From an uncultured Gammaproteobacteria bacterium (GTDB lineage Bacteria > Pseudomonadota > Gammaproteobacteria > CAWCPV01): a stretch of 64,000 nt of DNA. Below the pieces are notes generated by a model, which did no database searches, was not told the DNA's origin, and was given only the letters and a program-made list of their open reading frames with translations. Shown here in pieces: positions 36,351 to 45,925 of the stretch. The translations under genes were made by a program, and so were the position numbers. Positions within the stretch are counted from its first letter, which is position 1. Every line of letters begins with the position of its first letter. The stretch is taken from NCBI GenBank assembly GCA_963797555.1, contig CAWCPV010000004.1:288001-352000 (forward strand), in the 5' to 3' direction.

Positions 36351-37580
36351 CTCTCCTCTCGGCGGTCTTCCCAGGCCGTCTTTGCCCGCACCTCGTCGAT
36401 CAGGAAGCGCACGCCTTGGTTGTCCCAGGGGTCGAACCAGAGCATCCGGTCGAAGACGCGCTCGGCTTCCTCGAACCGCGTGAGCCGCCACAGGCACAAG
36501 CCGTACCCGTGCATGCAACGCAGGAACGGCCGGTTGTCGATATGCCCCCACGGAAGCAGGCCATCGAAGGCCGGGCCGAGCGACTGCTCGCCGATGCGGA
36601 CGCCGACCTCGTAATGCCGGATCGCCTCCTCGGCCCTGTCCCAGGCAAGGTTGCCGAGGTGTGCGTGGGCGTCCAGACAACGGAGGTCAGCGTGGCAAAG
36701 GTCCATCAGGATCTTGCACGCAGCAGCGCCATTGCCGGCTTCCTTGAGGTCGTTAGACTCGCAGATCGGGTCGGAGTCGAAGTCGTCCGGGTCGCGGCCC
36801 GGCACGATCTGTTCCATCTCGAATGCCCGCCTGGGTCCGCGGGCAATGATGGCCTTGGCCCACTCCTCGATCGGCTCCCCGTCCTCGCCCCAGTAGTGCT
36901 CGTCGGGGTCCATAGACCCCGGTCTTTGAATCTCGAGTAGCACGAGTCCCAGCGCCTGCACGTCGAGTCGTGCGGACTCGATCTCGCCGGACAGGTAAGG
37001 GTGAGCGGCGTAGCTCCACTGCTCGTGCGGCTTGACCACGGCGATCTCGCCGGGAACGACGTCCCAGAGATGACTGGCACGAAGAGTGATGACGCGATCG
37101 CTTCCCAGGACCCGGCAGCGCGCTGCTTTCTCCTTGACCGACAGCACGACAAGATCGACTGGGCCGCTCAGGTCGAGATCGGTTGCCGCGACCTTGTGGC
37201 GGCGCTTGCGGCGGGCGGTCGTCACGACCTCCGGAGGCCATGGATCGAGGCCGAGCCACTTGCGGTAGGCGGCAACGTAGCGAGCCCCCGCTCAATCGTT
37301 TAGGGAGCACGACATCGGAGGCCGCCACGACGTGCTCAGACCCGTCCTCGCGCCGACACCTTGCCGTCAACCCGCGCCGCTCGTTTCCGTCGTAGTCGAA
37401 TTCGACAACGGAGACCGGCGCACCCATGACAAACGCATCGCAGGGCACGGCGACCTCGTCTTCGAATACCTGCAGGAACCCCCCCAGTTTCTCGTCGTCA
37501 CCGTAGGCGTCCAGTGTGATCTCCTCGATGAGCCAATCCAGATCGGCCAGATCCTGGACCTCACTGTTCGTCTTTTTCAT
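36347..37580 (-). CDS. CcbP-like N-terminal domain plus TPR-like C-terminal domain (frameshift near 37285)
   Basis: LIEEITLDAYGDDE...F.....AVP; C-terminal DAHAHLGN, LPWGHIDNRPFLRC.HG, DNQGVRF. Confidence 0.7.
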
Positions 37581-38936
37581 TCGTTGTCTCTGCGCTGGCG
37601 TCCACTCCACCGCGCCTTGGCGCGCTCCAAGAAGGACGGCTCGTCGCTCGGACCAGCCCCGGCCACCAGAGCCTCGAAGCCCGACATGAAGCCCGTCTTG
37701 CGCTGGTGCTCAGCGCGCACCTGGCTCACGGTCTTCTCGGCGGTCAGGCCCGCCCGCTCGAAGCAGCGCTTGGCCCTTTCGAAGTTCGCCAGCGCGGCGT
37801 CGTAGTGCTTGCTCTTCTTGGCGTTGGCGATCCACATGCCCTGCGCCCGCCACAGACGGGCCGCGAGATCGGGATGGGTCCTGTCGAGCTTCTTGGCCAC
37901 GGGCTCGGCGGCATAGTGGCTCAAGCCTTCCAGCGTCTGATCCGGGGTCCGGCGCACGAGGTCGGCGAGCCGGTCCACCTCCTTCGTCGCCAGGAGGAAA
38001 TCCATGATGGAAGGGACGTCCGCTCCCTGGCTGCCTCGATGGCCTTGTCGTGCCACTCGGTCCGCTCGGCCTTGGGCACGAACTTCATGAGCTCGGGCGT
38101 ATGTGTACTTGCTCGGGTGCTTGCGGTAATCGGCCCAGGCGGCGTCGACGCCTCGTTGCTGCGCCCGAGCTTGGTCAGAAGCTCGCGCTCGAGCTTAGCC
38201 AGGTCGTGGCCGGCCATCGACCGACGCGGTGCCTTCTTGTGGAGATCGATCCCCGTTCCACCCAGCCGAGAGCCTCTTCTGGTTTGCGTCGGGTGACCCG
38301 AGCAGCGTGGCGATGGCGTGGCAATCCTGACCGGTGAGCCCGGTTTCATCGGCGAGGGTGACGTAGGCATCGACGTTCTTCTGCGCGAGGTAGAGCGCGC
38401 GCAATGCCTCGCCCCAGCGTCGGCGGACACGCTCCGGGCGACCTTCGAACGTGCCATCCGCCTTGGGTGTCGCCTTCGCCGCACCGTCGAATCTCGCCCG
38501 GACCTGCTTCACCAGCGCGGCGAGCCCGGCCTTGTCGAGGACCTTGGCAGCGTCTTTTTCGAGGCGGTAGCAGAAGCCGTAGGGGTCATCATCTATCCAG
38601 GCGAGCAAGCGCGACGCGGTTTCGTCTGGGTTGGCACCGTCTGCCTGGCGGGCCTCGATCCAGCCGCGGTACAGATCGGCGACGAACTGCCCGAACCTGC
38701 CGCTCGAATCGTCCAGCTCCTTCTATCTTGGCGTAGCAGCCGGCGAGGAACGTCTCGTACAGGGTGACGGCCCGGGCGGGGTCACTGCTGGTGAACTTGT
38801 CGATCTTGGCGGCAACCGCGACGGGACGGGTCACAAACGAGAAGCACGCGCGGTCGGAGATGAAGGCTCCAGCGTTGAGCGCACGCTCGATCTCTTGCTC
38901 CATCGGATCCGCCTTGGCGCGGGACTTTCGGATCAT
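37577..38936 (-). CDS. DUF6880-like alpha-helical protein (several frameshifts)
   Basis: LDDSSG.FG.F, W...DPYG, and C-terminal AARLWRA....NAKKSKHYDAA..F, H.RKTGF. Confidence 0.65.
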
Positions 38937-39148
38937 CGATCCTTCTCCCTCCGTTTGCAGGAGACCTTGCTGAGGACGGACTCCTGAATCCCGTTGGCCG
39001 AAAGCTCCCGTTCCAGCATCTCCACGGCAGAGTCCTGGATGATCGTGTCGAGATCGGCGCAACGAATCCGGATCTGTCGGTGAAGCTCCTCCTCCATGCG
39101 AATGTAGACCTTACTTCTCGTCGTTCTGCTCGGGCACCTCTCCCTCAT
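38933..39148 (-). CDS. Ribbon-helix-helix-type regulator
   Basis: KVYIRMEEELHRQIRIRCADLDTIIQD..VEMLERELS fits a beta-alpha-alpha RHH pattern. First gene of the operon. Confidence 0.65.
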   Translation of the reverse strand: MRERCPSRTTRSKVYIRMEEELHRQIRIRCADLDTIIQDSAVEMLERELSANGIQESVLSKVSCKRREKDR

Positions 39149-39168
39149 GTCCAGGGTGCAAAGAGGGC

Positions 39169-39234
39169 TCACGTATACGTGATCAGGACATCGCCCGTCA
39201 ACGCCGTATGTCGGACACCCACGCCGTATGTCGG
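39169..39234 (-). promoter_or_regulatory. Sigma-70-like promoter with operator-like repeats
   Basis: TTGACG-N18-TATACG. Perfect palindrome TCACGTATACGTGA at 39169-39182. Direct repeat ACGCCGTATGTCGG at 39201 and 39221. Confidence 0.65.
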
Positions 39235-39418
39235 CCAACGCGCCCCAGCTCGTCATGTGCGGTGTTCGCTGTCAGGGGGTCGTAACCAGTCGAAATACCC
39301 TTGAGCTTCGTCCCCAGCGACGCCTGAACGTGCTCAACCTCGGGACGGGTCCGAGGGGCAAACGAGCAGGCGAAGATGAGCACGACGACGAAACGAGAGG
39401 AACCGCCGGGCCAGACAC

Positions 39419-39500
39419 GGGTCAGGCGCGATGATCGTCCTTTCTCGGCCTGCCCACACCCTTGGATGCTGCACGCCGCTGCGCAGGGAAGGCGGGCCAT
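39419..39500 (-). pseudogene. Internally deleted RAYT-like gene remnant, followed by CCTGACCC
   Basis: Start MARLP joined out of frame to AQRRAASKGVGRPRK, resembling RAYT N- and C-termini. Confidence 0.45.
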
Positions 39501-39541
39501 GGCAGTTCAGGTCGTGAAGTGAGCGAAGGATAGCACGCATA

Positions 39542-39676
39542 TGGTGTCTGACCCTAACCTAAGACCCTAACCTAATGGTAACCTAATGGTGTCTGACCCT
39601 AACCTAAGGTGTCCTAACCTAAGGTGTCTGACCCTAACCTAAGGTGTCTGACCCTAACCTAATGACCCTAACCTAA
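39542..39676 (+). repeat. Irregular tandem array of 8 units, consensus (T)GGTGTCTGACCCTAACCTAA
   Basis: Unit lengths 21,13,11,21,15,20,20,14; all end in TAACCTAA. Confidence 0.97.
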
Positions 39677-41770
39677 TGGCGCTTACTTAGGCGCGCTTAG
39701 TTTAAGCGAAACCCCGAATAGCCGGCTAAGTCGACCACGGATGCGTTCTATGCGTTCTATGGTAAGGGCTTGGTCAGTTTCTCTCGGGCACGCTTCTCTA
39801 ATGGATAGAGAAAGAATCCGTTTCGGTGCGTGGCCGTGGCGCTGATGAGCGCGGTCCATGCGGCCGCGGCCAGTGGTTGAGCCCGCTTCGAGCCAGTTGG
39901 CGGCACGATAGCAGGTCCCGCGGTAGTGGTGCTCCTCGACCAAGCTTTCGAGCAGTAGAGGGCGGATGTGGTAGGCCTCCGTCCAGTCGGTGAGGATCTG
40001 CCGGGCGGTCAGTGCGAGCACGTGGCTTGCGAGGTTTTCACCTGGACCCAGGGCAGAATCAGGAAGCGGCTTTGGTTGACGATATGTTGTAGGCGCTGTT
40101 TTCTTATCGGCTCATTCCAGCCGATCCAGCGGTCGCGTGCGCGCATGCGCCAGGCGGGGCTGGAGTATTGCAGCGCCCCGAGCATCTGGGCCGGCTCCCC
40201 GCTCTGGATGAGATAGCGCAGGTGAGCCCCGAAGGGGGTCCGGTAGCCGAGGTAGTGGTGGTGGGCGATGAGGCTACGCCACTCGGTGTGTTGCTCGGGG
40301 GTATGGGCGATCACCAGACGCAGCGGTTGCAGGGTGGCCAGGGCGGTGGTGATCGGGGTGCGGGGTGTGGCGGGTGGCTCGGGGGTGCGGGTGGCGGCGC
40401 CAGTGGGCCGGCCTGCGGCCTTTTTGGGCAAACACAGCTCTGCGCGCTGATGCAGCCGCTCGAGCAGATCCCGGCATTCGCGGGTCTTGAGCTGCCCGCT
40501 CGGGCGCTCCCATCGGAGCAGCTCGCACACGGTGGCGGCCAGCTCCTGGCGGCTGAGCCTGGGGTAGCGGGCGACGAGCTGTGCGATGAGGCGCAGCTCC
40601 TGGGGGCTGAAGCTTCGTCCAGCGACCACGACCGGCTCAGCTGGTGCGTTGGGCGATGAGCGCACGGCGGGCTTCGGCGCGCGGTTGGGTGAGCAGGGGA
40701 TGGGGCTTGGGTCGTCGTTTGACCGCCCGCGGCTCGCACCGCCCGGGACGCTGCCCCACGCGCTGGGCGGCCAAGGTGGCGAGGATCGCCTCGATGAGGG
40801 CGCGCGGTAAGGGCTGTGGCCACCAGGGCACGCCTTGGGTGAGCAGTAGCTGCAGGGCCGCACTGAAGCTCAAGGTGCGCGGAGCGAGGCCGTGCTGATC
40901 GGCGCTCTTGGCCAGTAAAGCGCGGATCAAGTGGTAGGCGAGCACATGCACGGCCATCTCCTTCTCGACCATCGCCGGGGTCTGGCCGCGCAGCACCTCC
41001 ATACCGAGCACCTGCTTGATGGCGCGCAGGTCGAGCTCACAGTGCCAGCGCGTCTGGTAGAGGGTGCGCAGCGCCTCGGCACGAAACATCTGAGGGTCGA
41101 GCAGTGTGGTGACCAGGGTCTGGTGCCCGACCTTGAGCTCGCGGATGCGAAGCTGCTGCGGCAGGCGCGCATAGAGGCTCTCATCGAGCCAATCGGGGCG
41201 CTTGGGCTTCTCCCACACGGCGATGTGATCGTCTCGGCCGAGCGGCTCGCCGCAGCGAAAATCCGTCTTGCGCCGTTGGTGCTGGGGCAGTACCACATCG
41301 ACCTCCCGCTCGGCGAATAAGGCAATCATGAAGTACGAGGCGTAGTAGCAATCGCCGAGCATCACCTCCCCAGGGGAGAACCGATCGAGCAGCGCGCGCA
41401 GCAAACTCCAGCTCGCTGTTGTTCTTGCCTGTAACGCCACCGCTTGCATGCGCCAACAGCGCGCCGCTGCTCCAGCAGAACACACCGAGCAGCCGGGCGA
41501 TGGGAAATCCGAGGCCCGGCTGCTGGCCCCGCTGCTGCGGAAACCGCGCCTGATTGGCTGCAGTGTCGGCCATGCTCACCGTGGTGCCATCGACGATCCT
41601 GACCCGCCGCCCGCACCACAGCGGTCCACGCGCGTGCAGCTTCTCGGCCACGATTTGGATCAACGCCAGGATGAACTCGTGGCAGAGGCGCTGACGCGCT
41701 CGGCAATAAGCCCCCGTGCGGCCTGAGATCGCCCCCTCGCCCTGCATCTGCCGGCAGAGCGCTCAACTAG
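39675..41770 (-). mobile_element. IS4-family element, 5' end truncated: transposase (~41770-40637, frameshifted) plus downstream DUF4338 gene
   Basis: AYCRARQRL, IVDGTT, GFPIARL, LGDCYY, LYQTRWHCELDLRAIK (YREK-like). IS4-type IR AATGGCGCTTACTTAG at 39675. Confidence 0.85.
39683..40629 (-). CDS. DUF4338 (DruA-like) protein, frameshift near 40035
   Basis: SRQELAATVCELLRW, HHYLGY...GAHLRYL, RDRWIGW, NQSRFLILPWV, NLASHVL, GTCYRAANW..G.T.GRGR.D. Confidence 0.85.
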
Positions 41771-41801
41771 CATCTGAAATGCGAGGGGCAAGCTCCATCC
41801 T

Positions 41802-41864
41802 CTGCGACGGGATGTCCCGGCGGACCCGGCTCGATGGCGGCAACCCGACTCCCACAAGGGCTGA
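41802..41864 (+). pseudogene. Possible 3' stub of envC
   Basis: LRRDVPADPARW resembles the M23 C-terminal R.dG.PvDP..W motif and lies just upstream of ctpA. Confidence 0.4.
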
Positions 41865-41946
41865 GGGGTGGATAGGTTTTTCAGGTCTCCCCAACAGGTG
41901 TATGCTGTAGCGTTGCAGTCGCCCAGGATGGCGAGAGGAATTACAG

Positions 41947-43263
41947 ATGAGGTCAGCCGTTCGTAATGTGCTTATCTTGTGCCTGGGGATGACCCTGGGC
42001 GCCGCTCTGGTCATCGAGAGCGACGTATTTGCCGATCGCGATTCCGTGGTCGACCAAGCCTTGCCGCTGGAAGAGCTGCGCACTTTCACAGAGGTCTTCG
42101 CCAAGATCAAGGATGATTACGTCGAGCCAGTGCGCGATCGCGACCTGCTGGAGAACGCGGTGCGCGGTATGCTGGCCGGCCTGGATCCCCATTCTACCTA
42201 CCTCGACTCAGACGCGTACCGCGAGCTGCAGCTCGGTACGACTGGAGAGTTCGGCGGCCTGGGCATCGAGGTGAGCATGGAGGGCGGGTTCGTCAAGGTG
42301 ATCTCGCCGATCGATGATACGCCGGCACAGCGGGCAGGGGTCCAGGCCGGGGATCTCATCATCCGCATCGACGACACCCCGGTTAAGGGCCTAAGCCTGG
42401 GCGACGCTGTGAAGCGTATGCGAGGGAAGCCCGGCACCACTATCGTGCTCACCATCGTGCGTGAGGGACAGGAAAAGCCCCTGCGCCTCACCTTGACACG
42501 GGCAGTCATCGAAGTGAAGAGCGTGAAGAGCCGGCTCCTCGATAAAGGCTACGGCTATGTGCGCATCACCCAGTTCCAGAACAACACCAGCACCGACCTG
42601 CGTAAAGCGATAGGAGAACTCCGCGAGAAAAGCGGTGGCAAGCTCGAGGGTCTAGTGCTCGACCTCCGAAATAACCCGGGCGGCGTATTGAGCGAAGCCG
42701 TGAGCGTTTCGGATACCTTCCTTACCGGCGGCCTGATCGTGTATACCAAAGGCAGAATCGATGAAGCGCAGCTCAAGTTCAAAGCGAGCCCGCCGGACTG
42801 GCTGAAGGGTGCACCGCTCGTGGTATTGATCAACGGCGGTTCCGCATCGGCCTCGGAGATCGTGGCCGGGGCGCTGCAAGATCAGCGCCGGGCCGTGATC
42901 ATGGGTACGAAGAGCTTCGGCAAGGGGTCGGTACAGACCATCTTCCCCATGGCGAGCGGTTCAGCGCTCAAGCTGACGACGGCTCTTTATTACACGCCGG
43001 CAGGCCGATCCATCCAGGCCGAGGGTATCTCGCCGGACATTGAGGTTCGTCCGGTGAAAGTTGCCGAGGCGCAGCCAGAGAACGAGGTAATCAAGGAAAA
43101 GGACCTTGCACGCCACCTCGAGAACGGCTCTGGGGCCAAGCAGAAGAAGGCTCAACCCGTCAAAGGAGCCGGCACGGGGGATACGCCCATCGAGGACGAC
43201 TACCAGTTGCGCGAGGCGCTGAACCTGCTCAAGGGTCTGCGCATCTTGGAGCGCCACAGCTAG
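41947..43263 (+). CDS. ctpA: Carboxy-terminal processing protease (S41)
   Basis: LDPHS, GEFGGLGIEV (PDZ), LDLRNNPGG, SASASEIVAGALQD, GKGSVQT. Confidence 0.95.
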   Translation: MRSAVRNVLILCLGMTLGAALVIESDVFADRDSVVDQALPLEELRTFTEVFAKIKDDYVEPVRDRDLLENAVRGMLAGLDPHSTYLDSDAYRELQLGTTGEFGGLGIEVSMEGGFVKVISPIDDTPAQRAGVQAGDLIIRIDDTPVKGLSLGDAVKRMRGKPGTTIVLTIVREGQEKPLRLTLTRAVIEVKSVKSRLLDKGYGYVRITQFQNNTSTDLRKAIGELREKSGGKLEGLVLDLRNNPGGVLSEAVSVSDTFLTGGLIVYTKGRIDEAQLKFKASPPDWLKGAPLVVLINGGSASASEIVAGALQDQRRAVIMGTKSFGKGSVQTIFPMASGSALKLTTALYYTPAGRSIQAEGISPDIEVRPVKVAEAQPENEVIKEKDLARHLENGSGAKQKKAQPVKGAGTGDTPIEDDYQLREALNLLKGLRILERHS

Positions 43264-43486
43264 CGGAGAGATTCGTGAATCGTCGCGAGCGACTTGAGAG
43301 CGAGGCGCGCGGTCCGCTGCGGCAAGACATGTCGAGTATCAAGTAGGTGGGTGAGGAGCGAGCACCGGGGACGCGCAGCAGATGTGATTAACAAGCTCCC
43401 AGTGGCGGCGTCAAGGGTTCTGTTTCGCGTGTTGATGCGCTGCGAAGCAGTCCAACTTTAAGCGTGAAGGTTGCCCTGGTGTGTCT

Positions 43487-45139
43487 TCAGTCTCCGGGCC
43501 AGGCCGTCAGCAGCGCGAGTATTCCCACGGCGCCAAGTACCCAGGTGAGCAAGGGAGCGTCCCCCAGCATGGTGGGGGCATACCCGTCCAGACCTTTGAT
43601 CAAAGCGGCGCTGATGACGAAGGCCGCACCGATGACGGCGGACACAGTCCGCTGGCTTGCGCGGCGTATATCGCGGCGCAGCCTATCCAATTCCTCCCCC
43701 CCCACATGCACACGCAGGCGCTCGTTGTTCACTCTGTGGAGCGCGTCGTGCAAGAGCAACGGAATCTCGGGCAGACTCTCTACCCAGTGAGGTGCATTGC
43801 GGCGCAACGCATGTGCCAGGGCGCTGGCGCCGATGCGCATGCTCATCCAGCGCTCGAGGAAAGGCTTGGCTGTTTGCCACAGGTCCAAGTCCGGGTAAAG
43901 CCGACGGCCGAGGCTCTCGATATTCAGTAGGGTCTTCTGTAACAGCATCAACTGCGGCTGCACCTCGATCTCGAAGCGGCGCGCGGTCTGGAACAGGCGC
44001 ACCAGAACCTGACCGAAGGAGATGTCCTTGAGGGGGCGCTCGAAGATCGGTTCGCACACGCTGCGGATGGCCGCCTCGAAGTCGTCCACTCGAATGTCGC
44101 GCCGCACCCACCCGGCATGGACGTGGAGTTCGGCAACGCGTCGGTAGTCGCGTTGAAAGAAGGCCAGGAAGTTCTCTGCCAGATAACGTTGATCGGCATC
44201 GCTCAGGGAGCCCATGATCCCGAAATCTACGGCGATGTACTGGCCCTCAGACGAAACAAAGATGTTGCCGGGGTGCATGTCGGCGTGAAAGAACCGGTGC
44301 TCGAATACCTGCGTGAAAAACAGCTCGACCCCATTATGCGCCAGAGTCTTCAGGTCTACGCCCTGACGCCTCAGGGTGGCCACATCCCACACTGGCGTCC
44401 CATGGATGCGTTCCATTACCATCACATTGCGGCGCGTGAGTGGCCAGTGGATCTCCGGCACATAGAGCAGCGCCGAGTCCTGGAAATTGCGCCGCAGCTG
44501 GCTTGCATTGGCCGATTCACGCAGCAGGTCCAGCTCATCCAAGATGGTCTTCTCCAGCTCGGATACGACGGCCCTAGGATGTAAGCGCCTGGCCTCGCGC
44601 CAGTAACTTTCTGCCAGTCCGGCCACGGTGTACAGCAAGGAGATGTCCCGCCGGATTACCTTTTCGATACCGGGACGCACCACCTTGACCACGACCCCTC
44701 GTCCATCCAGCAGGCGTGCGGCGTGTACCTGCGCGATGGACGCCGAAGCCAGGGGTTGCTCCTCGAACTCCAGGAACACCTCGCCTAGAGTACGGCCGTA
44801 GGCCTGCTCGATGATCGCCCTGGCGCGAGAGCCGGCGAATGGCTGGACCTTGTCCTGCAGGCGTGCGAGCTCATCGGCGATGTCATCGGGTAGTAGGTCG
44901 CGGCGCGTCGATAGGACTTGACCGAATTTGACATAGATGGGTCCCAGGTCCTCCAACGCGCACCGTATGCGGACCGCCCGCGGTGGGCGCGGGCCCTGTA
45001 GCCAGTACCAGGGGCTTACGTAGACCAGGAAGCGTAGAGGCCTGAACAGGTGGGTGGCGAGAATCACCTCGTCCAGCCCATGCCTCAGCAGGATGAGGTT
45101 GATGTGGAAGATACGCAGAGCCTGACTAGGACGCATCAT
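43487..45139 (-). CDS. ubiB: Ubiquinone biosynthesis kinase-like UbiB
   Basis: LGPIYVKFGQ, PLASASIAQVH, VVKVVRP, FFHADMHPGNI, VDFGIMG. Confidence 0.96.
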   Translation of the reverse strand: MMRPSQALRIFHINLILLRHGLDEVILATHLFRPLRFLVYVSPWYWLQGPRPPRAVRIRCALEDLGPIYVKFGQVLSTRRDLLPDDIADELARLQDKVQPFAGSRARAIIEQAYGRTLGEVFLEFEEQPLASASIAQVHAARLLDGRGVVVKVVRPGIEKVIRRDISLLYTVAGLAESYWREARRLHPRAVVSELEKTILDELDLLRESANASQLRRNFQDSALLYVPEIHWPLTRRNVMVMERIHGTPVWDVATLRRQGVDLKTLAHNGVELFFTQVFEHRFFHADMHPGNIFVSSEGQYIAVDFGIMGSLSDADQRYLAENFLAFFQRDYRRVAELHVHAGWVRRDIRVDDFEAAIRSVCEPIFERPLKDISFGQVLVRLFQTARRFEIEVQPQLMLLQKTLLNIESLGRRLYPDLDLWQTAKPFLERWMSMRIGASALAHALRRNAPHWVESLPEIPLLLHDALHRVNNERLRVHVGGEELDRLRRDIRRASQRTVSAVIGAAFVISAALIKGLDGYAPTMLGDAPLLTWVLGAVGILALLTAWPGD

Positions 45140-45271
45140 CCGAGGGGTCCGCAGGACAGGTGGGGTCGCGCGCCTACTCGTGGCCCTGGCAGTGATGCAT
45201 GAACTGCGTGAATGAGCAGGGCTCCGTCATTTTTTCTGGGGGGCCTTGCGCGCGCAGGGGTAACCCACGCC

Positions 45272-45925
45272 TCAGACCCCAGAGCGATGCCCGGCCAGCC
45301 GCTCGGAGAGGCGGCGGACGCGCAACTCGAGCCGGTCCACATCCATGCGCAGCCCGTCGACCGCGGCGATGAACTCCTCCACCTCGTACCGCCTGGCCAC
45401 CAAGCCGGCCTCTTCCTGAAGGTACTCCGCGACATTCCGCTCGAGGGTGCGGATCGCTTCCTTGCTCCAGCCCTGCGCGGCGCGCACCACATTACCTAGC
45501 TGGTGGGCTGCAACGTCACCCATTACGTGGGACATCTGCTCCTCCCAATCGATGTCGACAGCGTCCAGGATTGCTCGAAGCTGCCGGGCGGTCTCGACAT
45601 CGCCGGAGATGTCCATGGCCCCACCGAACAGGGCCCGCACGCGCTCTGGGGCGGTCTGAAGCCGCAGTAAGGCGAGGGGTGATCCACTGATCGTGGTGTC
45701 GACCGGCCCCGTCCAGACGTTATGGACCTGAATTCCCGCGTGGCCCGGGGTCAGGTAAAAGGTCTTTCCCGTCCCTCGGACCTCAACGGCGATGACCTTG
45801 CCATGGAGGTCTGCCAGCCGACGGGCGGTCTCTGGGGACAGGGCGAGACATCGGTTCAGGGCGGTTTCCAAAACGCCTGCGAGGACCTTGCCCGGCAGGG
45901 ACGTTACCGATGCTCGGGAGGTCAC
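45272..45925 (-). CDS. ubiJ: Ubiquinone biosynthesis accessory UbiJ
   Basis: SCP2-like domain, DIDWEEQ...GDVAAH, EYLQEE. Lies between ubiE and ubiB. Confidence 0.92.
   Translation of the reverse strand: MTSRASVTSLPGKVLAGVLETALNRCLALSPETARRLADLHGKVIAVEVRGTGKTFYLTPGHAGIQVHNVWTGPVDTTISGSPLALLRLQTAPERVRALFGGAMDISGDVETARQLRAILDAVDIDWEEQMSHVMGDVAAHQLGNVVRAAQGWSKEAIRTLERNVAEYLQEEAGLVARRYEVEEFIAAVDGLRMDVDRLELRVRRLSERLAGHRSGV

Larger units (their letters stand above)
29391..41770. mobile_element. Decayed genomic island at tRNA-Ile2
   Basis: Integrase remnant next to the tRNA, IS elements and non-core cargo. No second att copy found. Confidence 0.7.

Noticed and set aside
39542-39676. Eukaryotic telomere contamination
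   Set aside because: Internal to bacterial sequence, only 135 bp, and the unit carries a non-telomeric GGTGTCTGA part.
39683-40629. Druantia defence system
   Set aside because: DUF4338 lies inside an IS4 element and no DruB-E partners are recognisable. The nearby helicase is XPB-type, not DruE.
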